Positions 49,248-59,099 of a stretch of DNA of 64,000 bases are shown piece after piece. The stretch's first letter is position 1; every line of letters begins with the position of its first letter. The translations under genes and the position numbers were made by a program. The stretch covers positions 2,912,001-2,976,000 of the forward strand of contig CBDCTZ010000016.1 of the NCBI GenBank assembly GCA_965222375.1, read 5' to 3'. The notes below the pieces were generated by a model that did no database searches, had not been told where the DNA came from, and saw only the letters and a program-made list of their open reading frames with translations. The DNA comes from Polyangiaceae bacterium. Its GTDB lineage: Bacteria > Myxococcota_A > Polyangia > Polyangiales > Polyangiaceae.

Positions 49248-49648
49248 TGTCGAAGCGCGCGAAGCCCTTGCCAGCCTTGGGAGACCTGGAGTTGGCCGCT
49301 TTGGAGCATCTGTGGAACGCAGGTGAGTCGGATGTGGCGACAACTCACGCGGCAATTGGGCGTCGCAGGGGGATATCCCTGAACACAGTCGGATCCGCTC
49401 TGGAGCGCCTCTACAAGAAGGGGCTAATCGCGCGGAAGAAAGTTTCCCACGCGTTTCAGTATCACGCGGTAGTGAGCCAAGACGAGCTGACGGCTCGGCG
49501 AGTGATGGACGCCGCTGGTGGCGTTGAAGCCCTCGCGGGTGCGGGGCTGCTTGCTGCGTTCGTCGACTTGGTGGCAGAGGCAGACGAAGCCGCTTTGTTG
49601 CGCCTGGAACGCCTCGTCGCGCAGAAGCGCGGGCAGGGGGACTCATGA
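49247..49648 (+). CDS. BlaI/MecI/CopY-family repressor
   Basis: LGDLELAALEHLW...SLNTVGSALERLYKKGLIARKKVSHAFQY...LLAAFVD. Confidence 0.92.
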   Translation: MSKRAKPLPALGDLELAALEHLWNAGESDVATTHAAIGRRRGISLNTVGSALERLYKKGLIARKKVSHAFQYHAVVSQDELTARRVMDAAGGVEALAGAGLLAAFVDLVAEADEAALLRLERLVAQKRGQGDS

Positions 49649-50613
49649 CCCCCACACTGGTGGTTCTATGGGTCGCCGCCACCGCCGCCGTGGCCTGGAT
49701 CACGTCCCTGGTCGTGGGGTTGTGCTTGGCGGCGCAGCGTCACCGGATCGACGAGCTGATGCCGGCAGCGCAGACCCGTGTTCTCTCCGCTGCCGCCGCC
49801 GCGCCCCTATTCGTTGCGACGCTGGTCATGACAGCCGCGCTAGCGCCAAACTTCGGGTGGGTTGTGGATCACTGTCTCGATCTTTCCAGCCACGCGGCTC
49901 ATCCGCACATATGTATCGATCATCACGGCACGACGGTGCCGTCGCTATCCCTACTGCTTCTAGCGGGGCTGATGACAACGCGGCTTGGAGCGATCTTGGT
50001 TGGATTGGTTCGCAACGCCTGGACGTCAAATGACGCCAGCGAGGGGTTGCGGCGGTCGAGACTGAACCGTGCGCGCCTCAATGTACTGCCGCTGCCGGAG
50101 CCCCGAGCGTTCGTCGCCGGTCTATGGCGTCCCGTCGTGTACGTGACAGAGGGACTGCTGGATCATCCCCATCGCTCACATCTCAGAGCGGTGCTTGCCC
50201 ATGAGGCGGCGCACGCGCGAAACGCGGATCCGCTGCGTAAATTCGTCCTAAAGCTGCTGCTTGCCTTTCATCTACCGGGAATTTCCCATTGGATTGAGCG
50301 CAGCTACGGTCGTGGTCTAGAGGTGCGCGCTGACGAGCAGGCAGCCCGAAGCGTTGGACCCGTTCGAGTCGCCGAAGCGCTGATCCACCTCGCCCGTTTC
50401 GGCGCGACCCGATCCGCGGGGGCAGTGAGTTTCGTGCGCTCAGATCTCGAGTATCGTGTGCACCGGTTGCTGCGACCGAAGACTCCTCAATCAGCAAACC
50501 CAGACTGGACGTTGATTGCACTCGCCGCTGCGTCCCTGATGGTCGCCACCGCGTTCGGCGCGGACGGTGTCCACCACGGCGTCGAGCATCTACTCGGCGT
50601 GCTTTCCACCTGA
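49645..50613 (+). CDS. M56/M48 (BlaR1-like) membrane metalloprotease with His/Cys-rich loop
   Basis: PRAFVAGLWRPVVYVTEGL, AHEAAH zinc motif, EVRADE; ATGA overlap with the repressor; no penicillin-binding domain. Confidence 0.9.
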   Translation: MTPTLVVLWVAATAAVAWITSLVVGLCLAAQRHRIDELMPAAQTRVLSAAAAAPLFVATLVMTAALAPNFGWVVDHCLDLSSHAAHPHICIDHHGTTVPSLSLLLLAGLMTTRLGAILVGLVRNAWTSNDASEGLRRSRLNRARLNVLPLPEPRAFVAGLWRPVVYVTEGLLDHPHRSHLRAVLAHEAAHARNADPLRKFVLKLLLAFHLPGISHWIERSYGRGLEVRADEQAARSVGPVRVAEALIHLARFGATRSAGAVSFVRSDLEYRVHRLLRPKTPQSANPDWTLIALAAASLMVATAFGADGVHHGVEHLLGVLST

Positions 50614-50633
50614 GGACGAAGGGGGATCGGGGA

Positions 50634-51857
50634 ATGAACTTCGCCACATCTCAAATTCCGATTGGCGCTCGGATTTTGGCTCTCCAACTCTGCCTCGCGT
50701 TGACCTTCGCGAGTGGCAACGGGAATGGCCAAGAGCTGACCGAGGCCGACATCGTTCGCCGAGTCAAGTCGACGTCCCCCGATGTGCTCGCGGCGAGAAG
50801 CGAGGTTCGGATGCTCAAGGCTCGAGAGCTGACGGAGCCTCATCCGAATCCGGAGCTCAGCATCGATCGAGAGCAGCTGCTTGGCGACCCCAAAGAGATC
50901 GAGGATACGCTGGCGCTTTCAGTCCCCATCGACTTGTCCGGTCGCCGCAGCGCGCGAGCTGCGTTGGCGCGCGCCGAAACCCAGAGCGCAGCCTCGGGCG
51001 CCGCGCGCCTCAGCAGTGAACTCACCCGGCGCGCTCTACGCACGTTCTATCGTGGCTTGGCAGCGCGCGAGCGCGCCAAGTTGGCGCGGGCCCTTGTTGC
51101 ACGTCTGGTCGAAGCCACTCGCGTATCCAAGAGCCGCCTCTCCCAAGGCACATCCAGCGGCTACGACGTCAGTCGCATCGCTCTCGACGCGGATCTCGCT
51201 CGCAGTGACTTGGCAAGCGCGGAGGCGACAGAGCGCCGTTGTGCCGTCGAGCTCGGCAGCCTGCTGGGGCTGCGTCCTGAGGGGCTGAAACTGACGGGCG
51301 ACTTGGCAGTTGCGCCCATTCGAGATTCGGGCGGCATGCGCCCATCCGTCGAGAAGCAACGCATGGCGCTCAACGCCGCGAAGCAAGCTCGAGACAGCGC
51401 GGACAGTGCTTGGGTGCCCCAGTTGGCGGTCAATCTGGGCGCCCGTCGGGCGGACTCTACCTCGCCGCGTTACGGCTACGTGGCGGGCCTGAGCGTGGAG
51501 CTCCCGATCTTCTCTCGCAGCCGCGCGGTCAAAGCCGAAGCCAATGCTCGGTTGGAGCATGGCGCAGCGCAGCTGCGCGCCCTCGAGCGTCGTGCAAAGA
51601 CAGCGCAGGCGGTTGCTCGGTTGGAGCTAACCACGGCACTCACAGAGCTGACGCGTTTCGATCGCGCAACAGAGCCCCATGTGAAGCGATCTCTCCGTGC
51701 GGCTCGCAGTGCGTACCGTGAGGGCGAGCGCGGCGTCACCCAGCTGCTCGATGCGGAACGGGCCGGTTTGCAGGTTGCAAAGCGCTCCTTGCAGCTCCGC
51801 CTGCGAGCCAAGTTCGCTGAATTGGACTTACGAGCGGCGCAGGGGCAGTTCGAATGA
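50634..51857 (+). CDS. TolC/CzcC-family outer membrane efflux protein
   Basis: PNPELS, LSVPIDLSGRR, GLSVELPIF, AYREGE..QLLDA motifs. Confidence 0.9.
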   Translation: MNFATSQIPIGARILALQLCLALTFASGNGNGQELTEADIVRRVKSTSPDVLAARSEVRMLKARELTEPHPNPELSIDREQLLGDPKEIEDTLALSVPIDLSGRRSARAALARAETQSAASGAARLSSELTRRALRTFYRGLAARERAKLARALVARLVEATRVSKSRLSQGTSSGYDVSRIALDADLARSDLASAEATERRCAVELGSLLGLRPEGLKLTGDLAVAPIRDSGGMRPSVEKQRMALNAAKQARDSADSAWVPQLAVNLGARRADSTSPRYGYVAGLSVELPIFSRSRAVKAEANARLEHGAAQLRALERRAKTAQAVARLELTTALTELTRFDRATEPHVKRSLRAARSAYREGERGVTQLLDAERAGLQVAKRSLQLRLRAKFAELDLRAAQGQFE

Positions 51858-53434
51858 GACGCCTGGCCGTTGCCCTGAGCTTCGCGCTGAGCCTGCTGGC
51901 TTGTGACGAGGACCATGACCACGAGGATGGTCATAAGCACGAGTCTGAGCACCCGCCGGGTCATGACCACCACGAGGAGGGCCATGGTCACGCTTCCGGA
52001 CAGATTCGAATCACCCGATGGAGCAAGGAGCTCGAACTCTTTGCCGAGCACGACGTTCCTGTCGCCGGAAAGAAAGTGGACTTCTTGGTCCATCTCACGG
52101 TGCTGAAAGGCTTTCGCGCCTTGACGGAAGGCACTGTCACCTTGGAGCTGAGCGGGCCTGCTAGCGTGAGTGCTTCGGCAAAGGTGCCAGTGAGGCCGGG
52201 CATCTATGAGCTTTCGCTCACGGCGCCGAAACCCGGAAAGTACCGCGGCAAGCTCAAGGTTGGCTCTTTTCCAGCAATGACGGGTATCGACCTCGTGGTG
52301 CATGCCGCGCCGCCCAAAGACGAGCCCAGTGAAGAAGATCCGCCGGACGCAATCGAGCTGCTCAAGGAGCAGCAGTGGGGCATCAAATTTGGCACGGCGT
52401 TTCCAAGACAAGGCGAAGTCACGCCGATGATTGAAGTGGGAGGCATCGTCGATACTCCGCCCGGTGGTAGCGCCGAGGTCGGGGCGCCCATTGCGGGCCG
52501 GGTTGTTGCCCCGCCTGGTGGGTTTCCAAAACCGGGGCAACTCGTGAAGAAGCGCCAGCTACTAGCCAAGCTCGCTCCGACGCCAACGTCACCGGAAAAC
52601 TCCGCGGAAGTCGGGCTTGCGGTGTCCGAGGCCCAGACGCGGGTCGCAGCGGCTCGTGCGGCCTTGGCGAGAGCTGAACGATTGCTGGCGGACCAAGCTA
52701 TCTCTCAACGTGAAGTGGACGATGCGCGTCGGGAGGCCAAGCTCGCGGATGACGTGCTTCGTGCAGCAAAGAAGAAGAAGTCGGTCTACTCCGGTGCAGC
52801 AAGTGGGCGTGGGGGTGCTTCCTGGCGATTGCTGTCGCCAATTAGCGGGCTCATCGTCAGCGTGAACCTGACGGCAGGCGCAGCCGTGTCTCAGGGGAGC
52901 GTGTTGTTTCGGATTGTCGATCCCGAAGAGTTTTGGATCCGCGCGCGCGTGCCCGAGCAGGATGCACCCCGCGTGCGCAGCGAGCAAGACGCTCGCTACC
53001 AAATTGCAGGTCTGAAAAAATGGGAGCTCATCCAAGTCACCGGCGATTCGCCGAAGGCTTCGGTCGTGAGTGTCGGACGCGCTGTGGACAAGCGGACCAG
53101 AACCGTCGATATCATCTACTCGCTGAAAGAACCGCCCAAGAGCCTGCGGGTCGCCGGCATGGTGCGGGTTGCGCTTCCAGCTGGCGAGCCGGCCAAGGGA
53201 CTGCTCGTGCCTCGCTCGGCGGTCTTGCATCGGGACGGCCGAGACATCGTATACGTACAACTCGACGGTGAACACTTCGCCCAACGGGTCGTACGGGTTG
53301 GAGCCAAGGCCGCCGACGAGGTCGTGCTGCTATCGGGTGTCTCCGCCAAGGACCGCGTCGTCACCCAAGGCACGCAGGTTGTCCGCCTCGCGAACCGGCC
53401 GAAGGGTGAGCAGCCCCACGGGCACGTGCACTGA
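51854..53434 (+). CDS. RND periplasmic adaptor (CzcB-like) with His-rich termini
   Basis: Lipobox LLAC, His-rich N-terminus, SPISG, RARVPEQD, LVPRSAV; ends PHGHVH. Confidence 0.92.
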   Translation: MRRLAVALSFALSLLACDEDHDHEDGHKHESEHPPGHDHHEEGHGHASGQIRITRWSKELELFAEHDVPVAGKKVDFLVHLTVLKGFRALTEGTVTLELSGPASVSASAKVPVRPGIYELSLTAPKPGKYRGKLKVGSFPAMTGIDLVVHAAPPKDEPSEEDPPDAIELLKEQQWGIKFGTAFPRQGEVTPMIEVGGIVDTPPGGSAEVGAPIAGRVVAPPGGFPKPGQLVKKRQLLAKLAPTPTSPENSAEVGLAVSEAQTRVAAARAALARAERLLADQAISQREVDDARREAKLADDVLRAAKKKKSVYSGAASGRGGASWRLLSPISGLIVSVNLTAGAAVSQGSVLFRIVDPEEFWIRARVPEQDAPRVRSEQDARYQIAGLKKWELIQVTGDSPKASVVSVGRAVDKRTRTVDIIYSLKEPPKSLRVAGMVRVALPAGEPAKGLLVPRSAVLHRDGRDIVYVQLDGEHFAQRVVRVGAKAADEVVLLSGVSAKDRVVTQGTQVVRLANRPKGEQPHGHVH

Positions 53435-56400
53435 TGATCGAAAGGCTCCTAGCGGCGTCGTTGCGCAATCGCGCCTTTGTCCTGATTGCGACCGTGTGCC
53501 TAGTCGTCCTCGGCACGTATAGGGCGTCGCGGATGCCCGTAGACGTGTTTCCAGACTTGACGGCTCCTCGGGTCACCATCGTCACCGAGTCAACGGGAAT
53601 GGCAGCCGTAGAGGTAGAGCGGCTGATCACGTTTCCCATTGAGGCCGCGGTCAACGGTGCGGCCGGGCTGCGCAGGGTGCGCTCGGCGTCCGCGGCTGGG
53701 ATCTCCGTGGTGTGGGCCGAATTCGATTGGCGCACCACCTCGATTGTGGCGCGGCAACGGGTGACGGAGCGCCTGCAGACCGTGGCGGGCACGTTGCCCC
53801 CCGAAGCCGAGCAGCCCATTCTCGCGCCAGCGGCCAGCGTGATGGGGGAGATCGCTTTTGTCGCTCTCACCAGTGACAAGATGGACCCGGTTTCTCTTCG
53901 ACGCGTCGCTGATGTGCAGGTGCGCCGGCGGCTCCTCGGTGTCGAGGGTGTTGCTCAGGTGGTGCCCATTGGCGGCGGTAGGAAGCAATATCAGGTTCTC
54001 GCGGACCCCCTCAAACTCGAGTCGCATGCCCTGACGCTGATGGACCTCACGTCGGCCCTCAGCCGAGCCAGCCACAATGCGCCGGGAGGGTACGTCGTTG
54101 AGCAAGGCCAGGAGTCCGTTGTGCGCGTGCTGGGGCGCGTGCACGATGTCGCGGGGCTCGAGGATGTCGTCGTAGAGGAGCGGGGTGGCACTCCGATACG
54201 CATTCGCGATGTCGCGACAGTGCGAATTGGTTCAGCCCCACCGCGTGGTGCCGCCAGCTATCGGGCAAAGCCCGCGGTTATGCTCACCGTAGTCAAGCAA
54301 TCCGAGGCCGACACCGTGTCGACGACTCGGCGACTCGATCGGGAGCTGGACCAGTTGAGCAAAGACCTGGTCCTCCGTGGCGTCGAGCTCAAGCGTGATG
54401 TCTTTCGCCAGCAAGACTTCATCGACACGGCCATCACCAATGTGGTCCGGGTGCTCCGGGACGGTGCGGTTTTGGTCATCCTCGTGCTCTTCTTGTTCAT
54501 GTGGAGCCTCAGGCCCACGCTGATCAGCGCGCTGGCTATCCCTCTTTCCCTGCTGACTGCCGCGTTGGTGCTCGACCTGGCTGGGATGACCCTGGACACC
54601 ATGACCCTCGGCGGCTTCGCCATAGCGATCGGAGAATTGGTCGACGATGCCATCGTCGATGTGGAGAACGTCGCACGACGCCTGAGACAGCGCGCGACGT
54701 TGCCCGAGGCCTCACGCCCCCCCATTGTCAAGACCGTCCTCGACGCGTCGTTGGAGATCCGCTCGTCGATCGTCAGCGCGACCTACATATTGATGCTGGT
54801 CTTCGTGCCGCTACTGTTGCTCGACGGTCTGGAAGGTAGGTTGTTGCGGCCACTCTCGATTGCGTATCTGGTCGCGATCTTCGCGTCCTTGGTCGTCGCC
54901 GTGACCGCGACGCCGGTATTGTGCAGCCTGTTCCTGGGGCGGTCTGGCGAAAAGGCCGCCGTGGAGCCTCCAGTGATGGGTTGGTTGTCGCGGCGCTATG
55001 CGCCGGTGCTCGCGACTGGCCTACGCCGACCGCACGCTGTGTTGGCTGGCGCCATCGCGCTGGTCCTCGTCGGCGTGGGGGCGCTGTCGCAAATGGGGCG
55101 TTCCTTCTTGCCGGAGTTCAACGAAGGCAACGTCACGATTGCGATGGTCCTGGCGCCAGGGACTGCCCTCGGCGAAAGCGACGCATTGGGAGCCATGGCC
55201 GAACGGGCGCTGCTGGCGGATCCAGGGGTGGTTTCCGTTGGGCGACGCACGGGCAGGGCCGAGCGAGATGAGCACGTGCTGGGAGTCGAAACGAGCGAAC
55301 TCGAGGTGCGACTCGATCCAAAAGACCCCCGCCGCAAGGAACAGGTTTTTGCAGATCTTCGGCAGCGGCTCAAGGTCGTGCCGGGTGCTCATTTCACCTT
55401 GGGGCAGCCGATTTCCCATCGCATCGAGCACATGATCTCCGGGCAGCGCGCCGCGCTTTCAATCAAGTTGTTTGGCGAAGACCTTACTGAGCTTCGCAGC
55501 ACAGCCGCCAGCATCCAGGAGGCCATCGAGGACGTTCCTGGTCTGGCCGATCTGGGCGTAGAACAGATCGTGGACGTTCCGGAGATCGTCGTGGACGTAG
55601 ACCGGGAACGTGCCGCCGCCCACGGCTTCTCTCAAGGGGCAGCGGCCACAAGCATCGGTGGCCTGCTATGGGGAACCGTCCCCACCCGCCTATACGAGGA
55701 AGGCACGACCGTGGACGTCGTGGTCAAGCACGAACCCACGGCGCTTTCGGATCTCGATGCCCTGACCCGGGTTCGTCTGACCGCTCCCTCGGGCGCTGTC
55801 GTCCCGATCTCCGCCCTCGCCGAGTTGCGCAGGGACGTCGGCCCGAACTACGTGCTTCGGGAAAACGTTGAGCGGCGCCTGGCGATCACGGCAAATATCG
55901 CGTCCAGCGATACGAGCCGGGTCGTCGAAGAAGTCGAGCGGCGAGTTTCCGAGCGCGTGAAGCCGTCTCCAACCGTGCGCATTGCCTACGCCGGGAATTT
56001 CCAACGCGCCTCGGAAGCGAATCAGCGCCTGTTCTTGTACGGCGCTCTTGCGATGCTGGGCATCGCGTTGATCGTCATGACAACTCTTCGGAGCGCGCGG
56101 CGAACAGCGATCGTGTTGTTCAACCTGCCCATGGCCCTTGTTGGCGGGGCACTCGGAGTCTATTTGGCCGGGGGCGTACTATCCGTCGCTACGACCATCG
56201 GGTTCATCACTCTGTTCGGGATTGCGACCCGAAACGGCATCCTGCTCGCGACCCGTACACGGGACCTGGAACTCGCCGGGAGCGACAGAACCGATGCCGT
56301 GGCCCGGGCTTCCCAAGAACGTCTAGCGCCGATCCTAATGACGGCGGTGACGGCCGCGCTTGGGCTGTTGCCCCTTGCCCTTGCGTCCGGGCAGCCCGGT

Positions 56401-56532
56401 AGCGAGATTCAGGCGCCGATGGCGCTGGTGATCCTGTGCGGACTAGTCACGTCCACCATGCTGAACATGCTGGTCGTACCGGCCATGCTGGCCCGCTGGG
56501 GTGGCCCACCTTCGGCGCAGTCTGCAGCCTAG
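53434..56532 (+). CDS. Heavy-metal efflux RND permease (CzcA/CusA family)
   Basis: PVDVFPDL, EVERLITFPIE, AIAIGELVDDAIVDVEN, GFITLFGIATRNGI, ERLAPILMT; 1032 aa. Confidence 0.95.
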   Translation: MIERLLAASLRNRAFVLIATVCLVVLGTYRASRMPVDVFPDLTAPRVTIVTESTGMAAVEVERLITFPIEAAVNGAAGLRRVRSASAAGISVVWAEFDWRTTSIVARQRVTERLQTVAGTLPPEAEQPILAPAASVMGEIAFVALTSDKMDPVSLRRVADVQVRRRLLGVEGVAQVVPIGGGRKQYQVLADPLKLESHALTLMDLTSALSRASHNAPGGYVVEQGQESVVRVLGRVHDVAGLEDVVVEERGGTPIRIRDVATVRIGSAPPRGAASYRAKPAVMLTVVKQSEADTVSTTRRLDRELDQLSKDLVLRGVELKRDVFRQQDFIDTAITNVVRVLRDGAVLVILVLFLFMWSLRPTLISALAIPLSLLTAALVLDLAGMTLDTMTLGGFAIAIGELVDDAIVDVENVARRLRQRATLPEASRPPIVKTVLDASLEIRSSIVSATYILMLVFVPLLLLDGLEGRLLRPLSIAYLVAIFASLVVAVTATPVLCSLFLGRSGEKAAVEPPVMGWLSRRYAPVLATGLRRPHAVLAGAIALVLVGVGALSQMGRSFLPEFNEGNVTIAMVLAPGTALGESDALGAMAERALLADPGVVSVGRRTGRAERDEHVLGVETSELEVRLDPKDPRRKEQVFADLRQRLKVVPGAHFTLGQPISHRIEHMISGQRAALSIKLFGEDLTELRSTAASIQEAIEDVPGLADLGVEQIVDVPEIVVDVDRERAAAHGFSQGAAATSIGGLLWGTVPTRLYEEGTTVDVVVKHEPTALSDLDALTRVRLTAPSGAVVPISALAELRRDVGPNYVLRENVERRLAITANIASSDTSRVVEEVERRVSERVKPSPTVRIAYAGNFQRASEANQRLFLYGALAMLGIALIVMTTLRSARRTAIVLFNLPMALVGGALGVYLAGGVLSVATTIGFITLFGIATRNGILLATRTRDLELAGSDRTDAVARASQERLAPILMTAVTAALGLLPLALASGQPGSEIQAPMALVILCGLVTSTMLNMLVVPAMLARWGGPPSAQSAA

Positions 56533-56797
56533 TTCAGTTCCGACAGCATAAAACGCCGCCGCCGGAGGCTTGTGGCACCGCAGGCGATCATAAGCAGCAA
56601 AAGGACAATGCGGCGATAGCTAGGTTGCGCATGGCAACACTATAGCAGCGCCGCTGCTGCCGAGCATCAGTAGCACACACTGTAGGACAACGTCGGCCGG
56701 GGTCAGGCCGCGTCGATTGTCAGTGGATAGCTGAAGGCGATCCCTACTCGGACCGGCTGACAAACCTCCCCAACGCACAGGCCCTACACTGTAGGCA

Positions 56798-57823
56798 ATG
56801 AGTTCAGCCGTTCTCGAAACAATGCGCCTGGGTGTTCCGCCTTGGCCTACCTTGGATCCGTTTCTGTTTTGCGTGCACCACCGTGACGCCTATCCGGTTG
56901 GAAACGGGCAACTCGGACCGAAGGCGTCGCTTCAGGGACGCAACATCGGACAGGATTTCGCCGGCAAGGACGGCTGGAACATGTACCACGGCGACGTGGT
57001 ACCGGGCTTTCCCGCCCACCCGCACCGCGGCTTCGAAACCGTGACCATCGTCCGCAATGGCCTCGTCGATCACTCGGATTCCCTTGGCGCAACGGCTCGC
57101 TTCGGCCCTGGCGACGTTCAATGGCTCACGGCCGGCGCAGGGATCGTCCACTCAGAGATGTTTCCACTGACGGACTCTAAAAGCGCCAACCCCCTCGAGC
57201 TTTTCCAGATTTGGCTCAACTTGCCTGCAGCCGAAAAGATGGCGGAGCCCCACTTCGCCATGCTCTGGGGCAAGACGATCCCGCGAGCCAAATTCAAGGA
57301 CGATGCGGGTCGCGAAGCCGAAGTTACTGTCATTGCGGGCAGCTTCGGCGAGCACCGCCCACCGGCGCCACCCCCGCGTTCTTGGGCGTCACGCGACGAC
57401 TCGGACGTTGCGATTTGGAGTGTGCGCATGCAGGCCCGCGCTTCGTGCACGCTGCCGGCAGCCGAGGGCCCAGACACGCTACGCGCGCTGTATTTCTTCG
57501 GAGGTGATTCGTTGCGAGTAAGCGACGATACCCTCGATAGCCACGTCGTCGCCGTCGTCCGTTGCGATGACGCCCTCACACTAACCGCGGGCAAACAGGA
57601 TGCGGCCGTGCTGGTGCTGCAGGGCCGGCCCATTGGCGAACCGGTGGTTCAGCATGGTCCCTTTGTGATGAATACCCGCGAAGAGATCCAGCGCACCTTC
57701 GCCGACTATCAGCGGACCAAGTTCGGCGGCTGGCCGTGGAAGTCTGAAGACCCGAATCACGGCCGCAGCCAGGGCTGTTTCGCCAAACACGCCGATGGGC
57801 GGGTGGAGCGCCGGCCCGAGTAG
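56798..57823 (+). CDS. Pirin family protein
   Basis: GFPAHPHRGFETVT, VQWLTAGAGIVHSE, FQIWLNLP, GPFVMNT. Confidence 0.95.
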   Translation: MSSAVLETMRLGVPPWPTLDPFLFCVHHRDAYPVGNGQLGPKASLQGRNIGQDFAGKDGWNMYHGDVVPGFPAHPHRGFETVTIVRNGLVDHSDSLGATARFGPGDVQWLTAGAGIVHSEMFPLTDSKSANPLELFQIWLNLPAAEKMAEPHFAMLWGKTIPRAKFKDDAGREAEVTVIAGSFGEHRPPAPPPRSWASRDDSDVAIWSVRMQARASCTLPAAEGPDTLRALYFFGGDSLRVSDDTLDSHVVAVVRCDDALTLTAGKQDAAVLVLQGRPIGEPVVQHGPFVMNTREEIQRTFADYQRTKFGGWPWKSEDPNHGRSQGCFAKHADGRVERRPE

Positions 57824-57824
57824 A

Positions 57825-59075
57825 TCAGTCTTCGAAGATGGCCGGGGTCCGCACCAACGCGGACGCCAGTTCTGGGTTGCGGAATCGGATCTCGAGCTTC
57901 GGGCGCTTCGCGCGCAGTCGCCGCACTGGGACGATGAGCTTCTTGCTGGGCCGTTTGGGTGAGCCGAAAGCGTGACCCGATTCGCCGCTCAGGGACAGGA
58001 CGCGCAGGCTGCGGAGCCCCGCCAAGGGATCCAAACGCGTCACCTTCGTTCCGGAAGCGTCCAGCTCCTGTAGTTTTGCCAGACGTGCCAACGGCGCCAA
58101 GTTCGTCAATGTGCTTTCCGAGGCATCTAGACGCGTCAGCTCTGGCATCGACGCGATGAAGGCGTAGCTGTCCAAGTTGGCGTCAGCGATGTCGAGGGTT
58201 TGGACTTGGGTGACGTTCGACAGAGCCCGCGCGCCTCGGCCCTGCACCGAAGACAGGGTGAGGTGCCTGAGCTTGGTGAGTCTGGACAGCGGACGCAGAT
58301 CGGCGCGTCGACAGGGGTTGACGAAAAGCGTCGTCATTTGAGTGGATGCCGCCAGGGCGGAGAGCTGCCGGCAGGGTGCGCCGAAGAGCACGACCTGTTC
58401 GAGGCGCGAAAGGCCTGTGAGCCCGGTCAAAGCGTCTGCGGGTGCTTCCACGGACAGCAAGCCGAGGCGACGCAGCCCCTTTGCCGCGGCAATGGGCTCC
58501 AAGGATTCGACGGCGATGAAGCCAAGGACGAGTCGTTCGAGCTTGGTCAGGGAACCGATGGGCGCGAGATCGACCTTTGGCGTCGGACGATTTAGCGCAG
58601 TCAATACTCGTGGGTGATCCGTGACCATGGTGGTGCGGTAGACCAGTCTCAGTCGCCGCAGCTCCGTCAGCTTGCTCAGAGGAGAGAGATCGGTGACATC
58701 CGTGCTCTCCAGGTCGAGCCTGCGCAGCTTTGGGTGCGCCGCCAGGGGTCGAAGATCTGTGACTCCGCTCTGGGACAAGACTAGGTCTTGCAGCTCCGTC
58801 AGCTCCGCAAGTTCGCCCAGGTCTGCAAAGCTGAGCTTCTTGCATTCGAAGCGTACGGCGTTGATGGGAACTCTCTGCTCACAGGCGGAAATCCGGCGTA
58901 CCGCTTTGGGTGGGGGTGCCGACGGTGTGGTCGCTCCGCCGGCTCGCTGCGTAGCGGTGGGCGGCTCGGTGGCAGGCGCCGCCGGCGGTGGTGCTCCCGC
59001 GCAAGAGAGCAGTGCGGCTGCCGGGAGCCACGTGGCGATCCTGGCGCTTTGGTTCCGAAACACAACGTGGGTCAC
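57825..59075 (-). CDS. Leucine-rich repeat lipoprotein (internalin-like)
   Basis: Lipobox LLSC; repeats LxxLxLxxTxVTDLxPL. Confidence 0.9.
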   Translation of the reverse strand: MTHVVFRNQSARIATWLPAAALLSCAGAPPPAAPATEPPTATQRAGGATTPSAPPPKAVRRISACEQRVPINAVRFECKKLSFADLGELAELTELQDLVLSQSGVTDLRPLAAHPKLRRLDLESTDVTDLSPLSKLTELRRLRLVYRTTMVTDHPRVLTALNRPTPKVDLAPIGSLTKLERLVLGFIAVESLEPIAAAKGLRRLGLLSVEAPADALTGLTGLSRLEQVVLFGAPCRQLSALAASTQMTTLFVNPCRRADLRPLSRLTKLRHLTLSSVQGRGARALSNVTQVQTLDIADANLDSYAFIASMPELTRLDASESTLTNLAPLARLAKLQELDASGTKVTRLDPLAGLRSLRVLSLSGESGHAFGSPKRPSKKLIVPVRRLRAKRPKLEIRFRNPELASALVRTPAIFED

Positions 59076-59099
59076 GTGGCGCGAGCCACGATAGCACGC

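Noticed and set aside
56785..56793. TACA-C-TGTA as a cop/bla box for the BlaI-type repressor
   Set aside because: The canonical box has a 2-nt spacer, and the site lies downstream of the operon rather than at its promoter
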